From: the human T2T-CHM13v2.0 reference genome, Homo sapiens | Length of the DNA stretch: 64,000 nt | Assembly (NCBI RefSeq): GCF_009914755.1 | Contig: NC_060933.1 | Direction: 5' to 3' (one strand) | Shown here: positions 1 through 13,949 of the stretch, piece after piece | How positions within the stretch are numbered: the first letter of the stretch is position 1 | Layout of the letters: every line of letters starts with the position of its first letter | Notes under the pieces: model-generated | What the model saw: the letters and a program-made list of their open reading frames with translations, nothing else | Database searches by the model: none | What the model was told of the DNA's origin: nothing | Made by a program: the position numbers and the translations under genes

Positions 1-852
1 TATAGTACAGTTTAATGATGGGAGCCAGATCGCTCTCTATGAATGGCAGCTTCATTACCTTCAAAAGATTTCTTCTCAAAGATCCAATTCAATAGAGGAC
101 TCTCAATCCAGACTGAGACTAGGGATTTGTTTACTTGCCAACTCCCTCAGACATCTGTTCCCCTTCTGTTTCCTTCTTGACGTTAAGAAGCCCTGTTTTA
201 TCATGGCAGGACACTGAAACTCGGGGAGCACTTTTAGCTAGCTTCAAATGGCAGATTCTTATAGCACAGAAGTATAGTATGGTCTGATTGACAGCATCAG
301 TAATTTAATGCACTTTGTCTTGCAGCTGCCAATCCATGGCATAAAATGACAGCTCATTTAATCACATTTCTTAGGATGAATAAGTTACTTTAATTTTTGT
401 TAATTTTTTTTAAATATTGGCAAACTCATGCAATCACATTCATTCTCACCCTTATCCCATTGAAATTAAAACACTCACTTCATTTAAAGAAATGCTTATC
501 AAAGAGTTGAATACAAACTATTCCATATGTTTCTCCATAACTATCTTGAGAAAATACCCAAACAAATTACCTACTGAAATTCAAGAATCAAGAAGCCAGA
601 GACCTGCTTCAGAAGTAAAACATTTGACAAACATGTTGTCACAATAAGCCTCTATGGGATCATTCAGCCCACAAGATATAACATGTTAGAGGCAGAGAAA
701 ACTGCATATAGCCAGGCAGAAACTACATAAAAGACATGCAAAAGCCAGTGTGCTGAAAATTCAAAAGTTAGGAAACCTGAGTTCTAGTTCACCTCAATCA
801 CTAGTCATAACAGTAATGGAGGGCCTACTATGTGCCAGTGAATTGATGTGCT

Positions 853-1240
853 GTATTAGTTAAGGTTCTCTGGTTGCAAGCAATTGAAACTGTTACTGGC
901 TAAAGAGAATGTACTGGAAATATATTAAAAGTTTATGAATTCAAAATGAAGAGTGGAGAAGCAGATTTCAAAGCAGAGAAGGGCTATAATAGGGCCAAGA
1001 AACAGAGACTATAGGACCTGTCCCATTCAACATGAACAGGCTTCAAACATTCTCAATTTCATTGTTGATCTGCCTTATATTCAAATTCAGATTGGAAATA
1101 TATGCTGAACATATTTTAGGTCATGTCCTGGGTTGGGACAAGGTCAGGGCCCACCCAATTACACCCACCAATGAAGAGATAGTTTCCCAAAATAAATTCC
1201 ATTGGATGTTAGGACAGGCGATGGAAAGCTAGATTCCAGT
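853..1240 (-). mobile_element. Ancient MaLR LTR fragment (MLT1J/K/L-like)
   Basis: TGTATTAGTTAAGGTTCTCTGGTTGCAAGCAA resembles the reverse-complemented end of old MLT1 LTRs; boundaries approximate. Confidence 0.5.
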
Positions 1241-1334
1241 CACTGGAATGGAAAAAAAGAAAAAAAACAAACTCAACAATTTAATTTTGATGCATATTTT
1301 TATACATCCATCAATGAGATCCATTTTGTAAATA

Positions 1335-1783
1335 CAATAAAATCACATCATTCCAAAAGCTTTCCATGCTACTTGGAATAATCCAAACTACTTACCTCAG
1401 CTTACTAAGCTTCATCTCCAATTTTGTCTTGTAGTATTCTCCTTACACACTAACCTTGAGACACATGGGTTTTTTTCATCTTTAGACACATCAAGTTCAT
1501 ACTGGCCTTGGGCCTGTGCTCCAACTGTCCCTTTTGCCTGGAATGTCCTTACATTTCATGGATGAATCCTTCTGATCATTTGGATGACAGCACAAATGTT
1601 TCCTCATCAGAGAGGTTTTCACTGATCACCCAAGCTAAAATTAATCAATGACTTCCTATCATATCACACCATTTTCATTCCACTTAAAAAATATTACCTG
1701 TCACAACTAAAATATAAGATTCACTGAGAATAGTAAGCCTCTTTTGCATATTTGATAGTTCCTAGACATAGTAGGCACTCAGT
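1335..1783 (+). mobile_element. L2 3' fragment
   Basis: L2-type motifs (TGCCTGGAATGTCCTT, CCTCATCAGAGAGGTTTTCACTGATCACC, ACATAGTAGGCACTCAGTA). Confidence 0.6.
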
Positions 1784-1809
1784 ACACACACACACACACA
1801 CACACACAC
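1784..1809. repeat. (CA)n microsatellite
   Basis: Perfect AC run visible. Confidence 0.95.
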
Positions 1810-2615
1810 GTTTACAATAAATACTTTTTTAAATAACCAAACATAATAGATTTTATTTTATTCACTTTATAGAAGAGGACACTGAATTTAATAAAAATTA
1901 AGGAACTTGCACATCAAACATTTATGTATGGCATAATTCAAAGTCAGATCTGTTTGGATCCAAGGCCAGGCTCTTAAACACTGTCATGTACTGATTGTCT
2001 ATCACTACCTGTATGATTTGGGGTAAGTCACTGGACGTAAAGATGCTTTTCTAATTTTTTTTAGCAGCAGAATATATTTTCTCTCTAAATAAAATCATAT
2101 AGACAACCTCAATAAATTGCTAATTTGATATATTCAAAGACACAATGTTTATTTATTGTGAAATCATTCAGTGAAAGTAATAAGATTGCCTGACCAATAC
2201 ATTTTAAAATTTCTAGCTGAATATGTTAAGAAAATCCCTATTTATATGTACACAGTGAGACACAGTGAGCTTTTAAAAACTGACCTCCTTGAAATCTCAA
2301 CATACTCATTGATTGCAGGTATGGCAGGAAAATCTTTATTCTAATTGTGCCCAGAAGGGAGTTAACCTGGAATCACATGTTTAGATATTGATGGTCTCCA
2401 GTGTGTTAAAATCTGGTGTATAAAAATAGTCCCAGAGTGGGTGGTTTATTATTATGCCACCTAAAATACAGTTTAATATGTTATATATGCACAGAAAAAC
2501 TTGTAGAATTTCAAAAGGATCTTCAAAAAATTCACAGTTTAAAATCTGTGGGCCTAATGGATTACCTATAGCTCTCACATTCTGTAGGCAAATTCTGTGC
2601 CTTTTGATATAACTA

Positions 2616-2944
<329 letters not shown>

Positions 2945-3445
2945 AAGAAGCAAGCCAAACAGATCCAAAATAGTCTCAAAATAAGCTGTAAATAACTCCA
3001 GAGCGTAGCATCAAAGCAAACATAAGTTCGGAGAACAATGGCAGGATAATGGGCACCTGACAGTAACCAATCACAATTAATTACCATCACCTGCTTTAAA
3101 AGGTAGACGGCTAACATCACCATATATCAGAATAAGAGGCTGAGGAGGAATCATCAGACATATAATTTGTAAAGAAGCTGATAGAAATAATGCATGGTAT
3201 TATAACAGAAATTAAAAGCTACCCCTAAAATACTAATAGTTGATAAGAAAAGACAGGTAGGTTAACGAAGCAATCCAGGAAACCTAACAGTACAAATGCT
3301 CTAAGGCTCTTCCTTTGTTTTGCAGATTCTAGAGAAAGTCACAGCTTTCTACAGCTCTTATATAAACAAAAGCCTTGGTGTGTTATACTGAGGAAATTAT
3401 TTGTCTAAAGCAAAATGTTGTATCCGTAAGGCTAATACTTAGAGT

Positions 3446-3638
3446 CAGAAGGGGATTAACCATGAAGCAAGCAAGTTTAGGATTGAAAGTCTCTGGCTTG
3501 CACGGGCCCCTGTCAAGGCTTCATTCCTATTTTTCCATTAGCAGTTATTCGTTTGTTGGTGTTTTTAAAAAAATAATAGCCGTATCCCTTCCCCAAATTT
3601 TATAAGCTTCAAGCCCCACAAACCTGCATCTACCTCTG
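3446..3638. mobile_element. hAT-type MITE (MER96-like)
   Basis: Imperfect terminal inverted repeats CAGAAGGGGATT...ATCTACCTCTG; internal GCACGGGCCCC and TATAAGCTTCAAGCCCCACAAA resemble recalled consensus; family name uncertain. Confidence 0.55.
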
Positions 3639-3681
3639 GTTTCGGTAATCGGTTTTTACTTGTGAAGGAACCAGGTATAGT

Positions 3682-4284
3682 TGTCAGAGGTGTTTGAACC
3701 AGAGCAACTCCATCTTGAATAAGGGCTGGTTAAAATGGGGCTGAAACCTACTGGGCTGCATTCCCAGGAGGTTAGACATTCTAAATCATAGGATGAATAG
3801 GAAGTTGGCACAATGTACAGGTCATAAAGACCTTGCTGATAAAATAGCCTGTGGTAAAGAATCTGCCAAAACCCACCAAAACTAAGATGGCAATGAAAGT
3901 AACCTCTGGTCATCCTCACTGCTCATTATATGCTAATTATAATGTATTAGCATGCTGAAAGATACTTCCACCAGTGCCATAACAGCTTACAAACACCATG
4001 GCAACATCAGGAAGTTACCCTATATGGTCTAAAAAGGGGAGGAACCCTCAGGTCCAGGAATTGGCCACCCCTTCCCCAGAAAACTCATGAATAAACTAAC
4101 CCTTGTTTAACATATAATCAAGAAGTAAAAATACATATAAGCAGCTGAGCAGCCCATGCCACTGCTCTGCCTATGGAGTAGCCATTCTTTTATTTCTTTA
4201 CTTCTCCGATAATATTGATTTGCCTCAAATTCTTTCTTGCACGAGATCCAAGAACCCTCTCTTGAAGACCCCTTTCCAGTAACA
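3682..4284 (+). mobile_element. MER41B solo LTR (ERV1)
   Basis: Starts TGTCAGAGGTGTTTGAACCAGAGCAACTCCATCTTGAATA, ends CCCTTTCCAGTAACA; perfect 4-bp TSD TAGT (3678-3681, 4285-4288). Confidence 0.9.
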
Positions 4285-4445
4285 TAGTCAGTACCAGGTG
4301 TGACTATGGAGCAGCAAACTAAATTTTATGTCTCTCTTAACTTCTCTCTTCCACGTATCTCTCTTTCAGGCTCACATACACTCCCTCTCTCTCTCCTTCT
4401 CTCCCTCTCCTCCCTCTCCCCCTACCTATCCCCCATCTCTGTCAC

Positions 4446-5633
<1,188 letters not shown>

Positions 5634-5819
5634 ACAAACTGTTTTTATAATGCTGTAGATAAAGTGTTTAGTTCTAGTGCATGCCAATGTCGGTTTTTTC
5701 CTCAGATTCTTTAACCTTGCTCCTCTACCCTAACCCAATTTTTCACTTCCTTTGTTTGTTCACTTAAATCTTACTTTCTCTGGCATTCCTAGCTATAAAA
5801 ACTTGATATTCTATATCAC

Positions 5820-6055
5820 TGCTTCCTGTTTGTTTCTTATACAGTGTTCACCACAAATAGTAATTACTGTATTTGTTGTTCACCTGTCTATTACCTGGTT
5901 CCTCCATGAGATGGTATGTTCCATGAGATTAAGAACTATATTGGCATCGTTCACTGTTTTGCTTTTCTTTAATCCTCAGAACATAGCACAGTGCTCTAAG
6001 ACATGGTATATACTTAATGAATGTTTTTCAAATAAACGACTGAATAAAATACATC
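5820..6055 (+). mobile_element. L2 3' end fragment
   Basis: AGCACAGTGCTCTAAGACATGGTATATACTTAATGAATGTTT...TGAATAAA. Confidence 0.55.
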
Positions 6056-6272
6056 AATAGTATTTTTCTAATCCCAAATCATAGGCTCCATAATTCACAA
6101 ATGTTAGGAAGGTTCAATATTCCTTGGGGATCATGGTCACAAGAGAACAGGCACAATAGGTGATTGTGGCATGCTGGTTACATGGTCACCCCTGGACACA
6201 TAAATACCATTACTGAGAAAAGCACTAGGGGAATGGCTAAGGGCCTCATTCACCTCTTCACATCCAACAGGC

Positions 6273-6624
6273 TTGCTAAGGTCTGAATGCAATTTGTGTC
6301 TCTCCAAAATTCATTTGTTGAAAAATTGATCTTCAATGTGGTGGCATTAAGAGGTGGCCATTTGGGAAGTGATTAGGTCATGAGGGCTCCACCCTCATGA
6401 ATGGGATTAGTACCATTACAAAAAGGCTTGTTCACCTCTTCTGCTATGTGAAGATGCAGTAAGAAGGTGCCATCCATGAGAAACAGGCCCTCCCTAGACA
6501 CTCATTCTGCTGGTGCCTTAATTTTGGACTTCCCAGCTTCAAGAACTGTGAGCAATAAATTACTATTGTTTATAGATTACCCAGTCTAAGGTATTTTGTT
6601 ATAGCAGCCCATGTGGACTAAGAA
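6273..6624 (+). mobile_element. MLT1A/MSTD-like MaLR LTR
   Basis: GTGATTAGGTCATGAGGGCTCCACCCTCATGAATGGGATTAG...ATTACCCAGTCTAAGGTATTTTGTTATAGCAGCCC. Confidence 0.85.
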
Positions 6625-7201
6625 AGTCTGCTACCATCATTCCCACCTCCAGCTGAATGAGTATTAAGTCGGCAGGAAGAAGTCCCGAAAAAATGTTTAA
6701 AATAGGAATAAGCTCAAGAACCACTGGCAATGCATTTCTTCCAGCTCTGAGGAAGAATGAATGGCTTTTTCAAGCTCATTTTGTGAGTTGAGGTGGAAAA
6801 TCTCTCTCATTTTTATCTACTTCTAAGCTTAGTCCAACAGCAGTTCTCCCTTAGGGGGAGTGTGGAGGATTATTTGGCCCAGTGTTTAATTACTATAGGC
6901 CATATTCCCTTTACAGTCAAACTGGCAAATTTTATCTCAGAATTTTGTTTGTTTTTCAAAAACAGCAGAAATAAGCACACTTGTTTTTGTCATCTTTGTG
7001 CTAACATCTAATTGATATTATACATATATGGGCTTTGTATGGCAATAAAACAGTTGGTTAATTTTAGTTTCATCTGATAAAATATACTGGCAGCTGTTCT
7101 TACAAATCTGTGATGATAATGTGAAAATCACTCATCAATAAAAAAAGTCATGTGATATATTCAATATTCTATCATTAAACGTCTAGTGTAATGTGATCAA
7201 C

Positions 7202-7268
7202 AGAAACAAAGAAAGGAAGGAAGGCAAGGAGAAAGGAAGAAAGGAAGGAAGGAAGGAAAGAAAAAAAA
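7202..7268. repeat. (GAAG)-rich purine simple repeat
   Basis: Direct inspection. Confidence 0.85.
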
Positions 7269-9291
7269 TAACAGTGGAAGAGTTATGTGAAAGTACAACA
7301 TACACTCTCAGCAGCCAGGGGCCCAGACCCTCCTTTCAGACTTTTGGACCCTGTGAATGTGTGCATCAAAAAGCTCTTAGCAGGAGCGAGAACAAATACG
7401 CAGCAAGAAGAATTGCAGTGGAGAATATTAAAGAACATGGAAAATCATATATTGTATCCAGAGGAAATCACTAGGAAAAGACCCTATGGCTCATAGCATG
7501 TGTAGTAGAAATGAGACAACCATTCTCAGGTAAGCAAAATGAGGAAAGTTAGAAGGCAGCTGTTACTTGCCTTTTGATAAGTAGAGATGGGATATTAACA
7601 ATAAGGTATCCAAAAAGTAAAAGGCTGTCTGTAATGTTATTTATATCTAACATTATGGAAAGTCCAATGTGTTGTGATAATTAGAATGAGAGTTGGTTGT
7701 GAAGCAAAAAGAACAAAACTAAATGAATAGCAGAAGAAATATGTCAGACATTTTCACAACCAAACATATGCCTTCAGCATCCTTGTAGAATATGTTGTTC
7801 TTATCTCTAAGGGGCTGGTTATTATTGTGGGAACTAGGAAGAGAAGAGGAATTTTTAGAAAGATTTTTTAAAAAGTCCATCTTTGAAAAAAAAAAAGCAG
7901 AATGACGGAAATAATTTAGAATGCTAACCTTAATTTAATCTTGGGAATGGCATAAAACAAATCATTAAGAACCTTAAGGCACTAAGCAAAACATTAGGAA
8001 AGCCATATTGTGCCAAATTTCCTTAATTTTCTTCATTAAGGGAGTAATGCAATGTACATAAAAATATGTATATAATCCAATGGAACTCAAATAAGTTATA
8101 GGATTCTGCCAGTTAACTATTTTAGTAAGCCAAGAATATCATCTCAATATCATACATTGATCAGGTTACAAGATGTTAGTAGGTCACAGTCAAAATTCTG
8201 AAGATTTATTGTTGGAAGACAAAAATAGTGAGAGACAGTGAGTCCTTCTGGGATTAATACTGGTGCCATTTGACAAAAAAATAATATCTAAGAAAACAGT
8301 GAAAATTAATGGAATACATTGAATGGCCTTCACAGAGACTTCTCAGGTTCTCACCCCATCCGTATACGAGCTAGGCCTTATCCCTTACAAGAGCAGTCCC
8401 AGTATTTCTTGGTGTGTTGCTCATGTTCATAAATATTTTTGCATATTCCTTTGCTCCAGTCACTTACTAAGACAGACAGAAGGCTCCCAAATCTGAAACC
8501 AAGCCTCCAGTTTCCAAAGGAGCCGAGATTTCCTAATAGTCTAATTGTGCTCAGCTCATTTTGCCTCTGTCCAAAAGTGGGAAGAATGGTTCTCTCCATT
8601 TCTAGTCATAATTCTGTCCCATGGCACAAAGCAGAGCTTCTTATTTCCCTGTATCTGACAAATACTCCCTTCAAAGCAGTACCTTCTGCCTGTTACTAAA
8701 CCCCTTCTCTCCATATGGCTTAACTTGAGGGCTTGGGCTAATAAGGTAGGGGCACACACCACGCTGTCTCTTCGGCCAAGTCATTATTTCTTGTCATGTA
8801 TATACAAGTTTTGCTCCTGTTCAATCTAAAATGCTCATGATAATTGACTCCTGGTACAACATGCATGTTCAGACTTGTTTGAGCCAGGGCTTCGGTTCAA
8901 GCCAGGATATCCAAGCATACACAAAAATTCTTTATATAATTGCACTTGCTATTCTCTCTGCCTGGAATAGTTTCCTTCCCACTCTCCCCTTCTTTCACTC
9001 ATTTACCACTGCAACTGCTACCTCCCCCATATTCTTTATCTGGCTAATTTTAACTTGCCCTTCAAGACTTCAAACAGGCATGACCTTTTCCATGCAGACC
9101 ATCCTGACCCCACCCTGAATTAGATAGCCATCCTCTGGGGTTTTATATCACCTTGTGCATATCTCTATGAAAGCACCTCACCTGTGTATAGCTCTATGAA
9201 ACTTTATTTGTCTATTTGTGTATTTAGCTCTTCCAATAGACACTTTCTTTTAATTTTTATGTATTTATTTCAACACTTTATTTTTTGAGCT

Positions 9292-9667
9292 TGCTATTTA
9301 CTGAATTCTGCGCCCCTAGTGTTCATCTATTGAAGCCATAACCCCCAATGCGATAGTGTTTGGAGATGAGGTCTTTAAGTGGTAATCAGGTCATGAGAAT
9401 GGCACCCTCATGATGGAATTAGTAACTTTATAAGAACGAACAGGAGAGAATGCTCTCTCTCTCTTCTCATCCACACAGAGATAAGGCAATGTGAATACAC
9501 AGTGAGATGGTACTGCCTACAAGTCAAGATAAGAGACCTCAGAATGAAATCTATCTTGCTGACACTTTGATCTTGAATTCCTCAGCCTCTAAAATTGTGA
9601 GAAATAAATTTCTGTTGTTTAAGCCACTCAGTCTATGGATTTTGTTATGACAGCCCAAGCTAAGACA
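9292..9667 (+). mobile_element. MLT1A0/B LTR
   Basis: TGCTATTTACTGAAT...AATAAATTTCTGTTGTTTAAGCCACTCAGTCTATGG...AAGCTAAGACA. Confidence 0.85.
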
Positions 9668-9825
9668 AAGAGCAGTTTTAGGTTTACAGGAAAATTAAGC
9701 GTAAAGTACAGAGAGCTCCCATATGTCACCCATCCTCTCTCCACAAGTTTTCCTCATTATTAACATCACACATTAGTGTGGTACATTTGTTATCATTGAT
9801 GAGCCAATATTGATACATTATATTA
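9668..9825 (-). mobile_element. L1MC/L1MB-type 3' end fragment
   Basis: GAGCAGTTTTAGGTTTACAGGAAAATTAAGC...GGTACATTTGTTATCATTGATGAGCCAATATTGATACATTAT. Confidence 0.75.
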
Positions 9826-10832
9826 GATGGTCATATTTTTAATCTCCATATCCCTAGACCCTAAGGGCTGTGCTTGGTACATGGTAGATGTTTACTAAAT
9901 ACTGAATTTAGTAAAAGAATTATACGAATAAATAAATAAATAATGGCTCTGAAACACTTGATTCACCCAAAATGTGATCTGTTATTGTGAATTACTGATC
10001 ACCTTGACTGTGACACCTGGACATGGTGGGCAGGTCTAAAGCTGAGCCCCAACTTCATGCCATCTTTTAACATCCTGTTTCTTTTATGCTTAATGCTTTG
10101 TGGTATACTCTTCTCCCGTTCTCACCTTCCAGGACATGTGGTGTTCAAAAGAGTGACCACAAATTTTGGATTAGAAAAATAATTTAGGTAGGTTTTAATA
10201 TGAAATTTCGTAATTCATTCTGCCTCATTCAAAAAATAAGACAGATTTTCAAGAGACATGAAGATCTGGTAGGATACTGTTGCTATTTCTAACTTTATTT
10301 CTTAATGGTTATAAACTTAAATAGGCTAAATTTTCTTTATTAAACCTGTGTGAAGTTGACATTGTTTTAAAAACAATGTTTCAAAATATTTATTATTTAT
10401 TAAGTAATCTAATAATTTCATAATAATTTTAAAAAGTATTCAACTGAAACAAAAGAGTTTATTCCTTTCCAGGTCTCTTTATTGGTGAGGGGTAAAGAAA
10501 ACCCATACTTTCTCAATAAATCTTAAACATTATTAATTAAAAATAACTTTTAGTTCAGTCTCATAATTTGTGGCCAAGAATATAGAAGCAAACAACTTCT
10601 ATATTTTATATGCAAGAAGAAAAGAACAAAAACCAAATAAACAAGCAAAAAACTTAAATCTCCATAACCTTAATTAATCAAGTAGAGTTGAAAATGCTAT
10701 CTATGCTAAATATGAATCTGTTCTAATCACTTCTAGAAACTGGGCCCTAAGATATGCAAAGTAAATCTCTCAAAACAGGAGTACATTTTCTGATGCATAT
10801 AAATTCTTCCCACATAACTAATATTGTTACAG

Positions 10833-11134
10833 TTTTTCTTTTTTGTTTTTTGGAGAAGAAGTCTCACTCTGTCACCCAGGCTACAGTGCAATGGCCTGAT
10901 CATGGGTCAGGGTAGCCTCAACATCCTGGGCTCTGGTGATCCTCCAGCCTTAGTCTCCCAAGTAGTTGGGACTACAGGCACACGCCACCATGCCTGGCAA
11001 ATTTTTGTAATTTTTTTAGAGACAGAGTTTCGCCATGTTGCCCAGCCTGGCCTCGGACTCTCCGGCTCAAGCAATCCTCCTGTCTTGGCCTCCCCAAAAT
11101 GATAGGATTACAGGATGAGCCACCATTCCCATCC
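10833..11134 (-). mobile_element. AluJ
   Basis: Diverged dimer with J-type GCTCAAGCAATCCTCC. Confidence 0.9.
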
Positions 11135-11593
11135 TGATATACTTTAAAAATCACATAAAGGAAAAAGAAACTTTTTTGGAATTGCTGATCACCTGGCACA
11201 TGTCACTAACCTGGATGTGGTGGGCGCATCTAAATCTGAGCTCCAACTTCATGACATCTCTTATTAAAGAGTCTTTTTGCCTTACCTGATTTTTCAAAGG
11301 ATTATCTAAAACATTTGTAGATAATAAAGTTCTTATATTGATCTTTCATTAAAATAATCAACCTAAATGCCAAATAAACTTACGTTAACCTGATACCTAA
11401 TTAATTAAAGCACACAGTTATGTGCCATTTAAGTAAACTCTGAAGAAAATTCTCTGATTTTTTTAATAGACTTTATTTTTCAGAGCAATTTAGGCACCTT
11501 TCAATCTCTTTTTAGAATTTTTTTTTTCTAGTCCTTGCTTAAGACTTAAAAAATCCTGAAAAGTAGATAGTAGGCCTGGGGCTGTAGTTTCTA

Positions 11594-11665
11594 TTAGGTT
11601 GATGTCAAAGTAATTGTGGTCTTGCCGTCACTTTCAAAACCGCAATTACTTTTGCATCAACCTAA
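11594..11665. mobile_element. MADE1 (Hsmar1-derived MITE)
   Basis: TTAGGTTGATGTCAAAGTAATTGTGG...CCGCAATTACTTTTGCATCAACCTAA, TA TSD on both sides. Confidence 0.92.
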
Positions 11666-13799
11666 TAATCCAAGGCGCTACACTGAGCTTCCTCTTTGAC
11701 CCTTACCTGGCCTGAGACTCACATGGAAGGTTTCTCTGGAAGTGAAAACAGTAATGTACCAATTCTCTAATAAACGAAAAAGACATGGTCTTAATAGAGG
11801 CACACATATTCTGTGGTGAAAATTTCTTACAAGGACACTTCTCAAATCATCCTAGGGTGGTACTATCTATTCTTGAAGTTGGCCTTGTTGAAATGGGATA
11901 AAAATTAAGTACAGAAAAAAAAAAAGGCAGGGGGAATGGGGAAAAGGTTTTGTAAGAGCCAAACTCAAGACAGAGATGGGCTCTTATAAGAATCTGACTG
12001 GTTCCTCTCATGAAAAGAGAATCAAATGAAAGGAAATGAATAGAGTTTGATTGAAACAAGAACCTTATTTAGTCATAAGAATTCAACGCATGCCTGGAGG
12101 AATTCATAAATCCCTAAGTAGGAAAACCTGTAAAACTCTGGCCCAGGAAAAGTCCATAGGAAGTGAATGGTTAAAGCACATATCAGCGTGGGGATGGGGG
12201 CTGACTCAATGGTCTCTGCCTTGTTTTCTAGGTCTGTGATCTGATGATTAAATGTAATCAGAAAGAAGGGGATCGGGTAAACATCCTCACTCCTCAAAGT
12301 TTAAAGCTAGATGTTTTAACAAGAAAATGAAAGTGTTATGATTCAGAGATATTTATCTTTAATTTCTGCAGTTTTACGGATCAAAATCCAGCTGGTCTTT
12401 CCAAAAATCAGTCAGTAAAAAGAAGAGACACATCCACAGGAAACATCACACTAGAAGCTTTCTAACAAGTTGTGAGTCACACAAAAAGAAGAACAATTAA
12501 GTTAGGCAAACATCGTGCCCATGTCTTTGTGTTTTAACAATTGAAGGCAGATACTTACATTTGGGAACACAGTTGATTAAACAGGAAGAACACTTGATTC
12601 AATAAAAAATATCTACAGTTGCTGTAAAGCTTCTTTAAAAGAAAGAGACCTTTCAGTGTAAGGGTAATGTAGGTCAACTAGTAATTGTCTAAGGACACAT
12701 CAGACATTTTTAAAGGACAGATTTGTATAAGGTTAATCTAGGTGGGAGGCTAAGGTACATTCAAATGTAAATACAAAGATATTTAGGACAACTGCATGGC
12801 AAAGTCAAGCCACAATGGTAACTTGATGGAGCTGATAAGGGAAGATACATTTTTCTTCTTCTTCTAATCCAGTGATAACTACTTAGTTTTCAAAATACCT
12901 CAAATGAAAAATGTACATTGTTATTCAGGAAATTAAACCAAATTGAAAACCAGTCAATCCTCAAGTGTGCATATTAAAGCTGTGACGTACTCTTAAGATA
13001 TTTTTAATGAACTTTCAAAATATAATCACGTCAGGGCCGTGCCATATCCTCTGATTTATGCATACACAGTTCTTTAAAAGTCATACAACTACTATGTAAG
13101 ATATTCGAACGGGGTATCATCATTGCTCCAAATGACTTAAAAACTGTACATGAGCAGACATTCTCTCAGTGCATTAAATCTAACATTATATTCATTTGAA
13201 AAGCGCAAAGGAAATGAAAATATTGCTTACAAATGACCTTATTATACTTTTGTCAGTCTGCTGTTTCATAAAAGAAAGGGAACCATGATACTGGGGCACA
13301 GTAACATTAGCAAAATTATCAAGAATTTATCTAACGCTGATTTATATTTCAGATTTGAAAATTAGATTACAGGCTTCCCCTTGTGCTGCAGTTTGCTTCT
13401 TTGTAAAAGCAGGAGCTGTTTCTGCTCTGAAGCCTTCTCTGAACATAGAGTAGCTTCCCTGGTGGGTAAATGTTGTGGACACATACATGTTACCTACTGT
13501 AAGAAATTTAATGAAATATAAGAAAGAAGATGGCCTGAGAGCTTTCAATCTTATAAGCAAATAAGATACATGAGGAAAAAAGGTACTATGAGTGACGAAA
13601 CTCTATTTGTAAATCCTGTATTTATATTTCTTCTGATGGCAAACTAGGGAACTAAATAATGGTACAATTATTTAAAGACACTATTCAGCCAATTATTATG
13701 TCTATTTTTCAATTGAAGCCTAGTTAATGAATTCCACTAGAAAAATATCCACAACGTATAGTTCAATAAAATAGTATGGGTTTAGGTATCTAAAATCAT

Positions 13800-13925
13800 A
13801 TACTTTAACTCTGTGACTGCTTTTTCCTCTACTAAGTGGGGTTTTTATGAGGAAAAATGAGTTAATAGTAATAAGGCACTCAGAACAATGCCTGGTATGT
13901 AGTACATTTTAAATAAGTGTTTTCC
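13800..13925 (+). mobile_element. MIR fragment
   Basis: AAATGAGTTAATAG...AGGCACTCAGAACAATGCCTGG. Confidence 0.6.
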
Positions 13926-13949
13926 GTAGAGAATGGGACTCTAGTAGGT

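Larger units (their letters stand above)
8935..9940 (+). mobile_element. L2 fragment interrupted by an L1MC-type 3' piece and an MLT1 LTR
   Basis: L2 motifs at 8940-9240 (CTCTGCCTGGAATAG) resume at ~9830-9940 (GTGCTTGGTACATGGTAGATG...AATAAATAAAT). Confidence 0.55.

Noticed and set aside
7300-8300. Possible CR1/L3 remnants
   Set aside because: Too degenerate to support by eye.
9308-9325. CTCF-like GCGCCCCTAGTG in MLT1
   Set aside because: Core one base short and terminal GG missing.
13372-13458. Possible minus-strand exon (GSYSMFREGFRAETAP...)
   Set aside because: Weak splice signals and no recognisable protein similarity.
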